Positions 32,867-51,285 of a stretch of DNA of 64,000 nucleotides are shown here, piece by piece; the first letter of the stretch is position 1, and each line of letters starts with the position of its first letter. The DNA is from the human T2T-CHM13v2.0 reference genome, Homo sapiens. The notes below the pieces were generated by a model that made no database searches, was not told the DNA's origin, and saw only the letters and a program-made list of their open reading frames with translations. Location of the stretch: assembly GCF_009914755.1 (NCBI RefSeq), contig NC_060938.1, one strand, 5' to 3'. The translations under genes were made by a program, and so were the position numbers.

Positions 32867-33932
32867 GGTGAAAGGGAAAATGTTGAAAGGTCCGGGTGAG
32901 GCTGCATCATGGTTGCAGGAGCTGCAAATTGGTGCATAAGCAGAATTCACAATTCAGTTGTTTAACTGTGAACAGAACACAGTCAGCCTCGTAAACAGGA
33001 CAAGCCCTGGGCCTGCTGAGATAAGCTGGGAAGAGAAGGGTGGCAACCACAGCTTGCCAAGAGATTTCCCTTCCAGCTCTGACATTCATCCGGACAAGAT
33101 AAACAAGAGTAGGCAGCAGCCCTCACCCTCTGGGGAGAGTCGCTAGATGTCAGCTCTGTCCCACACACAAGTGCTCTGAGAGCTGCAGCCACCCCTCGAG
33201 ATGCGGCCCCCCCTCCAGAATTTAGACTCAAATCACCTGTGGTTTCCAGCCCACAGCCAACATTCTTAAACAGGGTGATCTTAGAGAAAAGAACGTTTGA
33301 GAATCTTCACATGATTTTCTCATTAAATGACAATTTCTTTGGCAAAGAACAAATCAACAACCTAATTAAGAGTTACTTTTTTTTTTTTTTTTTTTTTTTG
33401 ACTTGGGTCAAAATACTGCTCAGGGTCCCTAATAATCTTCCTCTTTCCCAAGTGTTTTCCTCTTAGGAGGAGAATGCTAGATCGTTTGCAACCTGAGAGA
33501 CCCTCTTTGGCCTGCAGCCTGAAACCCTGGGGTTATTCTTAAGAATCTGGAGAGGACTTGGGTTCTTCTTGGGCATGACCAGTTCTCACTCCAAAGGACC
33601 TTCAGGATGAGAGATCAGTGTCAATGTTTCCCCATGGGTATTTATTATTCTGGAAAATTTGGGGGAAATAAAACAACTTTGGGATTTTATTATAATCGAT
33701 CTGGTTCTTAGCAATTAACATCCTGAGATCTCTATTCTTTTTACCACTGGCTTCACATATTGCTATAAATGGGTACACCATGAATATCATGATGACATAT
33801 GGTCAGAAGTACTTGTAAGCAAGCATGTGCTCCTATTCTGTTCTGGGAATTCTTTACAAGTTTCTGCACCCACCCCCATCAGCACATGGAGCCAAAAAGG
33901 GTGTCTGGGGCTCTCCAGGGAACTGTGGTATG

Positions 33933-34009
33933 CATTATATTTGTTTTTAGCATCCCAGATCTGCCCTACCAGGGTCTTGGTGCAGTCTCTCTTGCTCCCC
34001 CATCCTAAA
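33933..34009 (+). repeat. Direct repeat copy 1 (~77 bp)
   Basis: Near-identical to 35833-35910. Confidence 0.95.
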
Positions 34010-34694
34010 ACCTGCTCTTGAAAGAGTGGTAAGTCATAGTAACTAACAATATGGGTGTCCACTCTCCCCTGTGTATTACAAGGATTATAGCCTTTAGCTA
34101 GTTGGAGGCTCCTCAGGGAGAAGTGCTGTCTACTCTCATACTTCCTCCTTCCGGGAATGCAGCATCAGGAAAAATCATTTGGAACAATATAAAGAAGGAG
34201 ATTTAGCCCTACCACCTAAATTGACCCTGGCAGTTGAGTAAGATAAAACATTGCAGTGAAATTGCACTCATGGCCAAAACGAAGCTCTAACTTTGGAATC
34301 TGGTTTCTATGCACAGTGGGCAGTATTGTATTGGATGGGGCAGCAGGCTTCCCAGCATCTGTGAAGTCACGTCACCTGGGCAATAGTCTACTATGCCTCT
34401 ACCAGCCGCCTGTGGCCAGGAGTGTCACAGGCTTTCGATAGGTTGCTTGGTTCGAGACTCGACACTCATATCTCACCAAAGCAGACACTGGCACTTTGCA
34501 CTGGGTTTGGGGTTCCACCTACTGCAACTGATATACTGCAGCTAAGCAGGCATGAATCACCTGGGGTTTTCCCCAATTTCATAGCCTTTTGGGAGTACAA
34601 GACCACATAGACTCCAAGTGAATGGGGTTCTACCTTAAATCTGAGTAGTTTCTAAGCAGTATAAATGTATGACTAATTTTTTGTTCTTTGTGGG

Positions 34695-34995
<301 letters not shown>

Positions 34996-35166
34996 TAGTT
35001 TCTTAAAATCATAAAAATGCATGTTTTATATAACCTGAGCAAGAAGGAATAGCTAGGTTGGCATTTTTAGCCTATACTTACCCAACCAGGCTTATGAAGA
35101 TTTGGGTAAAAAATTTTACCCACAGAAGTGTGACATAAACTTTGTACAAGGCTCCACCTCAGCTTA

Positions 35167-35313
<147 letters not shown>

Positions 35314-35832
35314 TTAGTGTAGCCATGGAATTCAGCTCAAGAAAAGAAAAAATAAACGAAGATAGGCTTTAGTAGTGAAAAATCTTAGGTGACACATAGT
35401 CATCTTACTCATCAATCATTCCATGAATCCAAAATGTAAAAATATGCGACCAGCACACCGCTGAAGTCTAGGGAGAACAGGTTAACAAAAATGCAAACAT
35501 CTACTTCTTTGGTAAGGACATGAAAACCTACAGGGATTTCAACAAGTATTTATAACCACCTATCTCAAACATCTGTGACACCACTGGGAAACTGCCTGGT
35601 AACTTAAGCTCCATTTTCACAAGGAATTTTTTACTGATGTAAAGTTAAGTTACTATTCAGCACAAAAGATGCTGTTTATTTTCTCAAGTTGCCCCAAACA
35701 GACAGCCTTGAAGCAGGACTCATCTTCCATGTGTGGGCATGTGGTCTCTCAGAGCAGCATTGCTGTTGTTTGTTTGGTTTTTTAGATAATGAAGACTTTA
35801 CTGATTATAGCAAAGAGCTTTACATTGCAAAC

Positions 35833-35910
35833 CATTCTATTTGTTTTTTAGCATCCCAGATCTGCCCTACCAGGGTCTTGATGCAGTCTCTCTTGCTCCC
35901 CCATCGTAAA
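35833..35910 (+). repeat. Direct repeat copy 2 (~78 bp)
   Basis: Near-identical to 33933-34009. Confidence 0.95.
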
Positions 35911-36689
35911 TTGTTATTAAATGTTAATAATAATTTAAAAACCTGAGGCATCCTGGTTCTTTCCCTATGCTGCCATGGCAGCCAGCTGCAGCCCAGGTAC
36001 ATCTTTCTACTCTCTCCTCCATCACCACAGCTAAACTTCAAGCCACTGCTCCCAGTACTTCTTCCCTGACTCACATCTTTTATTACCAGGGCAACCAGTA
36101 GTTCCAGCAGGTACTTTGTGTGAATTAGAAAGAGGCATCTCGCCTGGAAACATTTAAAACAACAACAAACCAAGGCAGGGAGTGTAAGAAACGAACCACA
36201 GAGAGAGTGCATTTATTTTCTGAGACCCCAACCCACTGGCTGGACTTACTGTTTTGATAAACATTCCACAGTGTTGCTGTGGTCCTCAGCCAAAACGAAT
36301 AAGTAAATCAGGGAGGAAGCTCTTGAGTAGCTGTGTTAAGGGGACTACAAAAAGTCACTTGTAGCCTCTGAGAGAGGCTACAAGGCCACTGTTGTCACAG
36401 GCCAGACGTTCAGGAAATCCTTTCAAGCAGATCAGGGGGTGTTTGAACAGAGAGTGGGATCACATGAAGGAAAGGAAGAGGCCACTTCCAGGAAGGCTAG
36501 TTGGGACATTGCTGGACCAGGGCTATGTCCCTGTGTTTGAAGTTGCTTCTCTCCAAATTCTCTTTTCCTTGTTTGAGCGGCATATAGGCATAGATGCTAG
36601 AAAAAGTCACTGTCGAGAAAAAAGGCTTAGAAAAATGCAACTAAGATGAGACATTAGGGGGAATGCTTTTCCCCAGCCTCCACTTTTAA

Positions 36690-37172
<483 letters not shown>

Positions 37173-37689
37173 TGCAAATTAAGTATTAATATAGGGTTAC
37201 CAGTACCAGGCAACTTTAGTTCCTACAAACATTTCCCCAAATAAATTATATAAAAGGAGCATATAAAAGTAAATTATAGTTGCATATCATTATTGCTCCT
37301 TTAATCCCCAGCACAGCTAATCCCCAGAATTACAAAACTCTCAAATGTAAAAACTCTGTACAAACTACTTAGTGCCATCTTGAACTGGCTACTCACTTCA
37401 CTTCTTTACTCAGTTTCTTTTCTGTAATGCAGAGGCCTCAGACTCTGAGATCCCTTTTAGCTGAAACACTCATAATAAGAGAGGCCAGTTTTTCACTGTT
37501 GGAGAAGGGAGTTACAACTATAAAAAGGGGAAAAATAGATAGAATATATTCTGTGGTGTTGGATTTAGAGAGAGAGAGAGAGAGACAGCGTGAGAGTGCT
37601 GTGCTAGAAGGGGTTGATCACCTTATATAGGATGGCCCAGAAAGGTTCTCTGGTTAAGGGAACATCTAAAATAGTGGTTAAGTGGTGAG

Positions 37690-38185
37690 AAGTGGCCAGA
37701 TTTGGGCTATATTTTTAAAATAGAGCTTCCAGGATTTTCTGAGGGATTGGATGTGGGAGAAAGAGAAGAATCAAGGAATGACATCAGGTTTTTAGCTTGA
37801 GTAACTGGTACACAGTGGTGCCTTTTACTCAGGAGAACACTGGAGGGGAAACTGGTTTGGGGGAAGGGAATGCTTACTGGACACCCAAAGGAAGACTGTG
37901 AGTCAGCAATTCTACATTCAGAAGGAAGGTCAGGCTGGAAATATGAGTTTGAGAAGCATAGCATATGGGTGGTATTTGGGGCCTAGGACTGAATGAAGCC
38001 AATTAAGGAGTGAATCCAGCTAAAGAAGAGGAGCTTGGAAGGAAGCTGTGAGACCCTTCCCCACAGAGGGGCAGAAAGAGGAAGGGGACCCCACAAGGGC
38101 ACCTGAGTTGAGAGCATCAAGTGAATAAGACAACACTCAGGAGAATACAGTATCACAGGACCAACTGAAGAAAGTGTGTCAAAGG
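37690..38185. mobile_element. L2 fragment
   Basis: L2-type purine-rich motifs (GGATTGGATGTGGGAG...GAATGAC...AGGTTTT; GAGGTCAGGCTGGAAATA). Confidence 0.6.
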
Positions 38186-38189
38186 ACTT

Positions 38190-39800
38190 CTGAATTAAGA
38201 TGATGGATTAAGCAAGCCCAGCTAATTTTGTTCCCTCCTGAAACCTGACTAGAACTACGCTGAAGACTTCTAAAGACAAAACCTCACAAGGTCAGAGAGG
38301 ACAGGAGAAGAGATAACAGCAACACAATGTGGAATCCAGAAAGCAACTGAATGAAAGATAATTAACTTAACAATCCTAGAAAGCGAAAATCTAAGCCAGG
38401 AGAGGGAAGGTGGAGAACCAACCAATTCATCCAGAAAGAATCCTCAAAAGGCTCGGGAAGTAGCAGCCAAAGTCTCTATGGAACTAGGAGCTAAGGAGTA
38501 TGGAAAAAACTGTTTAGAAAATAATTAAATCCCTAGATCCCCTCCTCTATCATTTGCCCATAGGGAAACACTCTCCACTACTGGGCAGAAGGCTGGAGCT
38601 TTGTTTCTGGAAAGGATAAAGCAGAGGACATTTGGCATACGTGAGATTGTGGATACCGTTCTGAAAATGTGGATACTGTTCTGAAAACAGGGGATTAAAG
38701 GACTGTACACATACAAAATGCTGAATGCTGGGATTCCCCACCCCTCTTCCCTCACTAGACTCTGGGAAACCCGGCAGGCAGACTTCACTCTCCAGGCACA
38801 ATATTCAAAGACTTTTTTGGGAGAAGCTCAGAGGGAAAGCTCTGAAGATTCTGACACTGGGGTTCCACCAGCAAATGGCCCAGCTAGAAAACCATAGTGA
38901 AGCTCAGAGCTTCCAGTAGTTCCTTGTTCTTAACTATGAGCATATAACCAGAGATTATATGATGCCCAAGAAAAGCCTCTAATAAGAAAGTAGAAGACCA
39001 GAACAAACAGAAAAAAGCAACTTAAAAGAAACAGAAATTATGGAGGATGAAGAGAACATTTTTAAATACCATTAATATCCTCAGAGAGAACAGGAAAGCT
39101 GTTGTATCCATGAAATAAGAACAGGATACTACAAGAAAATGGGAGGACCAGTTCAAGAGTCCACATCCCAATAATAGAGGGTACAGAAAAAGAAAATAGG
39201 TAAAACAATGAACAGGAAGTCAATAACAAAACAATTCAAAAATTTTTTTCTGAGGCAGAAAAGGCCCAGCAAGTGCCAGGATAATGGATGAAAATCAAGA
39301 CACACTCATGAGTTTCATAATCAAAAACACTGAGCACAAAGAGAATCTCCTACAAGTTTCTGGAAAAAGAAACAGGACTTCACAAGAGAGCAGAAAATAG
39401 AATGGCATCAGGCTTCTTGGCACTAGAAGATAGAAGACACTAAAATAATGACTTCAAAAATTTGAAGGAATATTATCTTCAACCAAAAACCAATAAACAA
39501 GCCTATATCCAAACAAAATACCAAACCAGTGTGAGGATAGAATAAAGCATGTGAGGGCAAGGTCTCAACCTCTTATTTGTTCCTGTACCTCTCATCTGCT
39601 CTTTCTCAGGAAGCCCCTCATGGATGCAGTCCACCAGAAAGGAGCAGTCCATTATCAAAGAAGATTATGTGGGCTGGAGACCCAATGCAGGAGGGAAGCA
39701 GCAGGAGTTTCTGGGAGGATGGCAGAGGGAGATGACGGGATAACTGCACTCCAGGTGGCAAAAGCAACCCATCCTGACAGGACAGTGTGACCCAAGAGCC
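38190..39800 (+). mobile_element. Ancient HAL1/L1 ORF1-like element (apparently continuing at ~41380-42250)
   Basis: A-rich degenerate L1 ORF1-like motifs (AGAATGGCATCAGGCTTC...CACTAGAAG...TTCAACC) followed by HAL1-type 3' sequence. Confidence 0.55.
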
Positions 39801-39851
39801 ATGCACAGTAAGGGGTATCATCGCCATGCCCTCTGCCTCATGCAATCTTAA

Positions 39852-40492
<641 letters not shown>

Positions 40493-41626
40493 TAAGATAT
40501 TTGTTTCCACATTGGTGGTAAATAGTGGTTGTGGCTGAGCTCTAGGGCAGAGTGGGGAAGGGCTAGAACAGGTATGAAGAAAAGGGGCTCAATTCCTTCT
40601 CATTCTTTACTCCCTTTAATAGCTCTTCTAGCTCAAAAGCAAGCTCTCCTTTCAGAGCAATCATACATAAGCTCAACCTTAATCTATGAGAGAAGAAGGG
40701 GCTTGAGCTTTTCTCCTGGGCCTGGTTCTTCTCTGCCATGGGATTAGGTGATTGAACTTTAGACGAGCCATATATATCCCCAGCTTTTCTTCCTAGTAAA
40801 TAGTACTCCAAGGGAGCTGGACAGGATCCAACTTGGGCCTTTTGGACTCCCAGCCAGCTGGGCCTGGTCTGGTGGGCTTTAAAATCCTGAAGATATCAGC
40901 TCCCCCGACCTAGAAATGAGAGTCGGGCAAGGTATGAGAAAATCAAGCAAGGATCCTCCCTTTCTTTTCTGTCCCACACCAAGATGGAAGGGGCTCAAGA
41001 AGGCACTTCCATAGGTAGTCAGGTGGTCTTCCTTGAGGCCTTCAGTTCAGTTGCCTTGTTGAGAGCTCCAGTTGTTCCTCCAGAGCCCACTGGGCTGTTG
41101 CCCAGCTCCCCAGAGGCACTCCTTCTGGGGAGGGCAGAATGGAATCCATCTTTCGCTAGTGGGAAGATGTGGAGAATGGGCACACTGCTGAGCTCTCCAC
41201 TGGTGTGACCTCATGGCATTCTTCCTGCCTGCTTTGTGAATTTTGTTTCACCCCCCAGGAACATAAAGGGTTCCCAACTGCTTGATTCTAAGGAAGGGTG
41301 TGGGCGGGAGAGGGGGGTGTCATTTGAAATCCCTGGAGTCTAGATTTCTGTGTGATTATATCATCTTTTTAACCAGTTAGAGATGGATGTACTTGGTCAA
41401 AATAAGCAAGTAAACCCAGAAAGAGGAAGACAAATCCAGGAAGTAATGAATCTGACCACAGAGAAATGCGGCAGGAATTACAAGGATGATGGCAAAGGGA
41501 AATCCAAGGGATACAGCTGGACAGCAGGTCTTGAGTACAACAAGCCAGACAGAAGGAAAAGGAGGTTTAAAGGCCAGACATTACCAAGAAAAAAAAATGG
41601 AACTGATGGATTACCTGATGTAACTA

Positions 41627-41972
<346 letters not shown>

Positions 41973-44149
41973 GGTCAGGGGAGGGAATTAGCAACAAGAT
42001 TAAAGAATGTCAAGCAAATTTTAAAACAAGGCAAGTGTTAATTTGAGGAAAAAGTACAAAAGGAAGCCATAGTATGGTACAATGCTCAGCTATAAGTAAT
42101 ATTTACATAGGCACAATAATGGGAACAGTGAACATTAATGTAACTATTTTGGAGGATTAGAACAGGAAGCAGAGGAGATAGTGATTTCAGGGAGCTAAAT
42201 TTTCATCTCTCACAATAGAAAGGCTTTGATGTCTAAAAATTGATATTTTGAGATATATTAATCACTCTTTTACATTACATTATACTGCTGGATTTGATTT
42301 GCTAATAATTTTGCTAAGGATTTTTTACCTAAATTCTTGAGGAATATTCATCTGTCATTTTCTTTTCTAGAAATGTCTGTCTGGTTTTGGCATCAGCATA
42401 TAGTGGCCTCATAAAATGATTTGGGAAATGTTCCTTCTCATATTTTCTGAAAGAGTTTGGGTAGGGTTACTATTATTTCTTCCTTATATGTTTGATAGAA
42501 TTCATACATCAAATATTTTAATAATAGAGCCTAAGGTAGCACAATTATAAGAAAAAATATATATATATAAATCCATATCTTTGGTGAGAAAGTAAATTGG
42601 TTCTGTCTGGCAAAATTTACAACTCAAAAGTACCAATTTGAGAACTTCTAAAGGAAAATTACAAAAGAAGAAAAATCTATTTGTAGGAAAATTTTATACC
42701 AGAATCATTATCAAACCAAACACTGAAAATGACCTCAGTATTCAACCAGAGAGGAATGGTGAGACATAATAAACTTAATGTAATATTTTACAGTCATTGA
42801 CAATAGATCTAAAAATTATAATGCAACATATATAGAAAATACATAGAAAAGAATATTAAGCGAAGAATAGAATTGAGGGGAAAAACAGCCATCTCATCAC
42901 AGAACACAGAGAATGTGGTGCTTCGTTTGGAAAAGCTTGGCTGCCTTTGCCGTCTTCAGGCTTGCAGACACAGACACTCAATTTTGTCAGCATACCAAGA
43001 CAGTATCCATTTCAAAGGGGCAAGTGAACATTAAACAAATTAACTAGCCTGTCATATAAAACTAGAGTGCCAACGTATTCACCCATACCCAAATTCTGAG
43101 TACTAGCTCATGCTTTCTTTGTAGACAATTTCATAAAGAAAGTCAAGTTATAATCAGAATGATGAGCAAAGAATTTGGATGAGGGAAAGTAGGCAATTTG
43201 ACTCTTCATTGCTGTTAAACTGAGATTGCTTAACTGCATCCATCTCGACTTTAGGAATAATTTATCATTAGATAAAACATAGAGTCAGTCAAATCTAACA
43301 AGCCTAGAAGCCATTCTGTCTAAGGTTGCTTTACATACCTCCGCCCTGATGCATTATGTGTTCGTTTCACAAAATAACTTTCAGAAAGCAATCTCTGTCT
43401 CTCCAAGTTTTTAGGGGAGGCTGTATTGTGACCCTAATGTCCTAATAACAAAATCAGACAGACAGAAATGTAAACGACTACCATATGAAAGTGAAGACAT
43501 CAAACCGATTTTTAAAAATTCTTCAGAAATGTGAAATTCTTCGGAGATGATGAAGAAATAACATGTATCCCTTTCCAGCATTCTCAATTACAGAAGTCAT
43601 CCTTTCCACTGCTGCTTGTCTAACATTTGTGACACAGATCATCAAACAGTTGGCATTCATTAAGACTTCATTTCTACACAAGGCTATCACAAAGATGGGA
43701 AGGGCTGGGGGTCTGGCCAAACTCTTGTAAAAAAAGAATATATTACTAAGATCCTAAAGAAATATTTACGAAAATGGTTTTTCACTGTAGCATGGTTAGT
43801 AATAGAAAATAACTGGAAACAATCTAAATATTTATCAATAGGAGATTGAACTAAGAAATCATGGTATATTCATACAATGGAATTCTATACAGCCATTTTT
43901 AAAATATAAAGGTAGATATGTATAGATAGGGAGAAAGCTCCAGAGTACATTTAAAAAAAAATGCAGCCTGGTGTGGTTGGGCACACCTGTAGTCCCAGCT
44001 ACTCAGGAGGCTGGAACAGGAGGATCGCTTGAGCCCAGGAGTTCAAGTTTAGCCTGAGCAGCATAGCAACAAGACCCTGTTTCTAATATTAACTAATTTA
44101 TTTAACTAAATAAAAACAAAATAAATGCAGAACAGTATGTAAAGCTATT

Positions 44150-44495
<346 letters not shown>

Positions 44496-46657
44496 TAAAA
44501 ATTTGCAACAAACAACATATCATTTTTAATCTAAAAAAGAGAGAGAACATTTCTGGAATTTCACTGTCAGAAACTGAAAACTTGCAGTAATGTACATTAC
44601 CCAGGAGATGTTCTTTGAACAAACTATGTTATTCAGAGAAGGAACTGGTGGTAATTAAATCTGTGCAGGAAAGAATCAATGAAGTCTTATGTCTGGCTGA
44701 ACATATAGGTAGGCAGAAAAATGAGGAGAAAACATCCAAACCAGTTATTTGTAAAACTTTGACACAGGGAGACCAATCATCTATAGAATAATAGATACAA
44801 AGTTTTTTAAATTCTGTATAAGACAAGGAATGGTTGTGATTGGGGACAATTATAAAAACATAAACCTAAGCACTGGGAATTATAATTGACATGTATTCAT
44901 GTTACTGTAACAGGATACATATCTCATGGTATAAACTTGCTTGTGTTAGTAGCAACATGAAGTTGGATCTTCTCCAAAAGCTTTCCAAGGGAGTACCAGA
45001 AGTTACAAGCATGTTAATAAGAAGATGAATTAGTGTCCATTTCAGGTTCAAATGAGAAGTCTTTGAGTCTGATTTGGCAAGAATTATTTTTAATAATTAA
45101 ACATTAAAACATTACTATAATAATAAACATGAAAAATATAAAAGCACAAATAAAATGAAAAATATCAATAACAATCATAACTCATCACTAGTAATATTCA
45201 GATTACTTGTCTTTTTTCCCATCTACATATAAATTCTATGAAAATGAAATAATATGTATTTTTATTATAGTATAATTTTTTTTCATTTGACAACTATTCA
45301 TGAACTTTTTCCTATGTCAATATATGTTTTATCTGTTAACATAAGCTTTATTCTTAATGGGTCCACTGTATTCTATCATAAAACTTTATTATAATTTACG
45401 TAACTAATTATCTATTGTTGGATATTTCAGTTGATTGCAATTTTTTCTTTATAAACAATACTTAAAAATATCCCATAACAATAAATACTTTTGTAATTAA
45501 GTTTTTGCACATATATTCAAATATTTTCTTATGGTAAATTGTTCAAAGTAGACTTGCTGGGTTTAAGATAATGCCTCTAAGACTTTTAATTCCACACATT
45601 GATTGCCAAATTGCCTTCTGGACAGGTTGCTCCAGCAGAGTACTTCATAATCTCTTTTGACAATATTAGGCTTTAGAAATTTTAAATCAAAGTAACCTTT
45701 AAATTGAAAATCCAAACCTTGTTATGATTATTCTTCTTTAAAATCATTTTGTAACTATCAATTTATTGGTTTGCTAATTCAGTCATTCTACAAGTACTGA
45801 GTATGTACCAAGTGCCAAATATGCAGCTAGAAGACACTGAGAATCCACAGGTGAGGAAGGCCCAGCTCTTGCCCTTGAGGATTGTGCATTTTACTGGGCA
45901 AATGGGATATGTAAATAAACAATCCCAGAAGATGTTATAGAGGCCAGGGTGCTGGCAGGCATCATAAAGGAGTCATATGTGAGATGTAGGAAGGACAGCA
46001 GGAGTCTTCCAGGTAGAATAGAGAAAGTAAGGAAACCCACGTTTGCTGAGCAAACAGCATGTCCTGAACCTAGAATGCAAGGAATTTGGTAGGATGGGTC
46101 ATGTATTATGGGCAAACTGGTGGGGAGTGGGGTGGTAGAGTGAGTAAGATCTTGTATCTCATGCTGGGGGGATTTCCCCATACCAGTAAGCTTTGGGGAG
46201 CTATTAAAGGATTCTATGTAGAGGGTGGCATGCTCAACTTTGTATTTTAAGAAATCTGTACTTAGAAATATAAGAAGTGATCACAGGACATTCTGAGGGT
46301 AAGTATACTAACCTAAGGGGACCCCACCTGGCACCAAGCAGGCTGGTAACCCAACCTGGCAACACCAGCATCAGTAGCTTATGCTTTGTTGATATTGTCT
46401 AATAGATCAAATATGAAACTGAAAGATAACCGAAGTCTTCTGACCCCTAAGGTACTTGATTATCAATTCATAGCATTATACAGCTAGAAGTCCCCTGAAA
46501 CTTTACCTAGTCCTAAACTCTCATTTTTACAGGTGAAGACACCTGTAAGCAATTTGCCCAAGGTCACACGGATAATGCTAACTCACCTTTACTGTGAATG
46601 TGCTTACAAAATTTTATTTTATAGTATGATGTCTCTAAATTAAAAAGTTTTCATACG

Positions 46658-46897
46658 ATGATAGACTGGAAAAAGAAAATGTGGTATATACACACCATGG
46701 AATACTATGCAGCCATAAAAATGAATGAGATCATGTCCTTTGCAGGGACAGGATGGAGCTGGAAGCTGTTATCCTCAGCAATCTAACGCAGGAACAGAAA
46801 ACCAAACACCACATGTTCTCACTTATAAGTGGGAGCTGAACAATGAGAACACATGGACACAGGAAGGGGAACAACACATACTGAGGCCTGTCGGGGG
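46658..46897 (+). mobile_element. L1PA-type fragment (ORF2 end / 3'UTR start), truncated at both ends
   Basis: GATAGACTGG..AAGAAAATGTGG...CATGGAATACTATGCAGCCATAAAA...GAGAACACATGGACACAGGAAGGGGAAC. Confidence 0.9.
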
Positions 46898-48788
46898 CTG
46901 ATTTCCTTAAGTAAATCTTATATTTGATTTCCTTAAGATTTCCTTAATAAATCTTATATTTGGCAAATCATAGCATTTTACCATTTGGAAATGAGGTTGC
47001 TTGTAATTAATCACACATTTATCTACAGGTCTTTCTGTTTTCTGCAACTCCCATATTAAAGCATTTTCTGTTTCCTGGAACATATATAACATATTTTGGC
47101 CAGTGGAGTTTTTAAAAATCTGCTTTCAAACTGTAATCACCCTTTTTATTCTGTTCAAACTATATGCCAAAAAAAGAGCTGACTTTCATTGCTTTTGACT
47201 CCCACAAATCAGTGTTCCCAAGCCACTCAACATGATTAATCAAATTCCCTGTAACATCCCTCTGGTACCACATAGCCATGAGTAACTTATATTAACAAGT
47301 TTAATTGAAGTGTCACTTGCAAGCTGTCAAAAGATCAAATATCAACATATGAAATGTTTTCTCCTTTGAAAACATAATTTCTCTGTATCGATGACTTTCT
47401 GAAGGGAGGTGTCTGTCCTCTTGGCTCTCTCTGGCTATGTAAATTAACATTCTGAAATATGAAAAGTCTGTGCTGTGGTCACTAACAAACCACAAGCCGC
47501 TTCCATTCCATTTGCCTGGAGGTCACGGCAGATCATATATAACCATCACCACGTGGCAGAGCAAGCCCCTGGCAAAGACTTGAAAGAGTTGTTGGAGGAG
47601 CCTCAGCCTCCAGCCACTGAAGTGTGAATGGGAGCCATTCACAGTCCATGGGATGGGACACCATTCTGTGGCTCTAATCTATAATCCACTCTTCATATTG
47701 TCCCCAGCCAAAGTTGGGCTCCCGAGAACACAGCCAAAAAAGGAAAGGATGGGATATTTTTCATCCCTGGTCAACTTATCTAAAGTCTCCTCCCCTTTCA
47801 ACTCCAAGGCCACCTTCACCATGAAGCTCTCTTTGAATAATATCTCCCAGGACCTGCTAATCATTCCGTCCTCTTTCTCTAGCAACAGTAATAGGCCCCA
47901 GGGATAGTTGCGTCACCTGAGCTGAGCCAATCGGAGTTCCACTAGACTTAATGTGCAGATGCTACCTTCTTCTAGAATTCCTTTCTTCTAGAACAGCTAT
48001 ATAGATTGATATAAGCCTGTGGCCATGCTTTCTATTTTGTACTTTTCCCTTCCAAACTTCCAGCCCATGCCACCCACATGCCCTCCCAAATCCACCATAT
48101 AAGGGAAGCTTATTTGCAAGGCACAATGAAGAAGAATTAGGGCTGGGAGAGAGTGAGAAAGAACAGCCACTACCTACGTTGCCCTGCCTGAAAACACCCA
48201 GCTGAGGAGTGGGTGGGAGCTGGAATCCAGTCCTCTCACCCTGCAAGAGGCTGCCCTCAACTTCAGGAAGGGACCCCCTCCTCCTTTTTTCTTTTTCTTG
48301 GACAAGGCCTCTGTGTGCTCACCAAGTCTTCTTCCAATGCACACAAAGATGTTGCATATGCTAGAGAGAGCTGTGTGGTAAGATCAGCGGAGCCCCCGGA
48401 GTCACTCCCACCCTTCTCAGTTACAGCCACAACACAATTGTTTTTCACCTACGCTTGCTTCAGTTGGGTTTTTGTCACTTGAAACCAAAGAAATCCTGAG
48501 TAATACAGCAGAGTAGACACCCGGATTGCTCCCAGTGAAATACCATGTTTGTTTTAGTCTCAAACTTCCTAGTAGCCATTGCCTTTGGAATCTTCCTTTC
48601 AATCTCCAAGCCCTTCTACCTCCCTGGTCAGGCATAGACTAACTAATATCCTTCCTTTTCTTAGAGACTGAGATCACTTCTATGCAGAGATAAAGTACCA
48701 AAGAAATCAAGTTCAATCTAATGATGCTTCTGCTGGTTTCTTCATTAAAGTGACTTTTTTTTTTATCCTTTTGTAACATTTTTTGTAA

Positions 48789-49165
<377 letters not shown>

Positions 49166-49252
49166 TTACCTAGTCTTAAAAAGAGTCATTGCCACTTTTC
49201 GCTCACAAATCCCAGTGTGTCTTTGTTTTGCTTGTAAGGGATGGATCACTCA

Positions 49253-49396
<144 letters not shown>

Positions 49397-50409
49397 TTAC
49401 TAAATTTGACTTGTGAAAGACAGCTTTCTCTAATCTTGATCCAATAAAAAGTAAGTTGTTTGTCCTTTAAGAATTTCATTCTTAGATTGAAGGAGGCTGT
49501 AAACAGTATCATCTTACCCCTCTTAACAAGCTATTTGTCAGTAGCTTGTAAGTCAAAGATGATTATAACACAGGTGGTTGGTGAGGGCAAAGAGAGGTAT
49601 AAGAAGGCCAGAAAATAAAAAAGAATGAAGAGAGAGGGGAGATGGTAATACAAACTCAGCTTTCAAGATTCAGATCAAATGTCCCTTCCTAGGGTCTCCA
49701 TTAATCTCCTCACACTGGTTCAGTGCCTTGTATGTCTAAAAGGCCCCCTGAAGTATGACTCTTTCAGAATTACTGAGTAATTAATAAATAATATGTAATT
49801 CTTACTTAGTAATTATTGTTCAGTTAATTGTTTGAAGTCTTCTGGTATCAATAGCTACAATAGATAAATTCAATAGAATATACGAACGACGGCATCAGGG
49901 TCTGTGTTCTTTTGTTTATCAAAATTGTGTTGTTGTACTTCTAGCACCAGGCCGTGTACATAACAGGCATTCCATCGTTATTTACTCTCCAATCTGATAT
50001 GCCTGAAAATGTGTGTCTAGATTAAAAAAAAAAAAAAAAAAAAAGCCCAGGACTGAATGTTAGCTTTGGCAGAGATAAATCTTGTACCTAGCTTCCTGGC
50101 CCTTTCTGGACATAATGCTATCAGAAGCACTACAGCTAGGCACTGGTCTCTTTTTTTCTGCAGAAGAAAATAAGAGACTTACACTAAGAAAGACAAAAAA
50201 AAGTCACAGGAAAACATATCAATCATGGAGTCCCTTCTGCAGTGCCCATTCACTATCAGATCACAATTACAGTCCCTTTTACCTACTGTTGTACGATTTA
50301 ACACTTGGCAGATCGCTCCTCTTTTTCCAAATATTCTTTGATAGTGCCACCAGATAATTTTCCATAAGAATTTTACAATCAAATGTTGTTTTATCGCATT
50401 AACTTTCCG

Positions 50410-51285
<876 letters not shown>

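Noticed and set aside
35969-35982. Palindrome GCTGCCATGGCAGC resembling an RFX X-box in a ciliary kinase gene
   Set aside because: Both half-sites lack the conserved GTT/AAC; not supportable without ChIP data.
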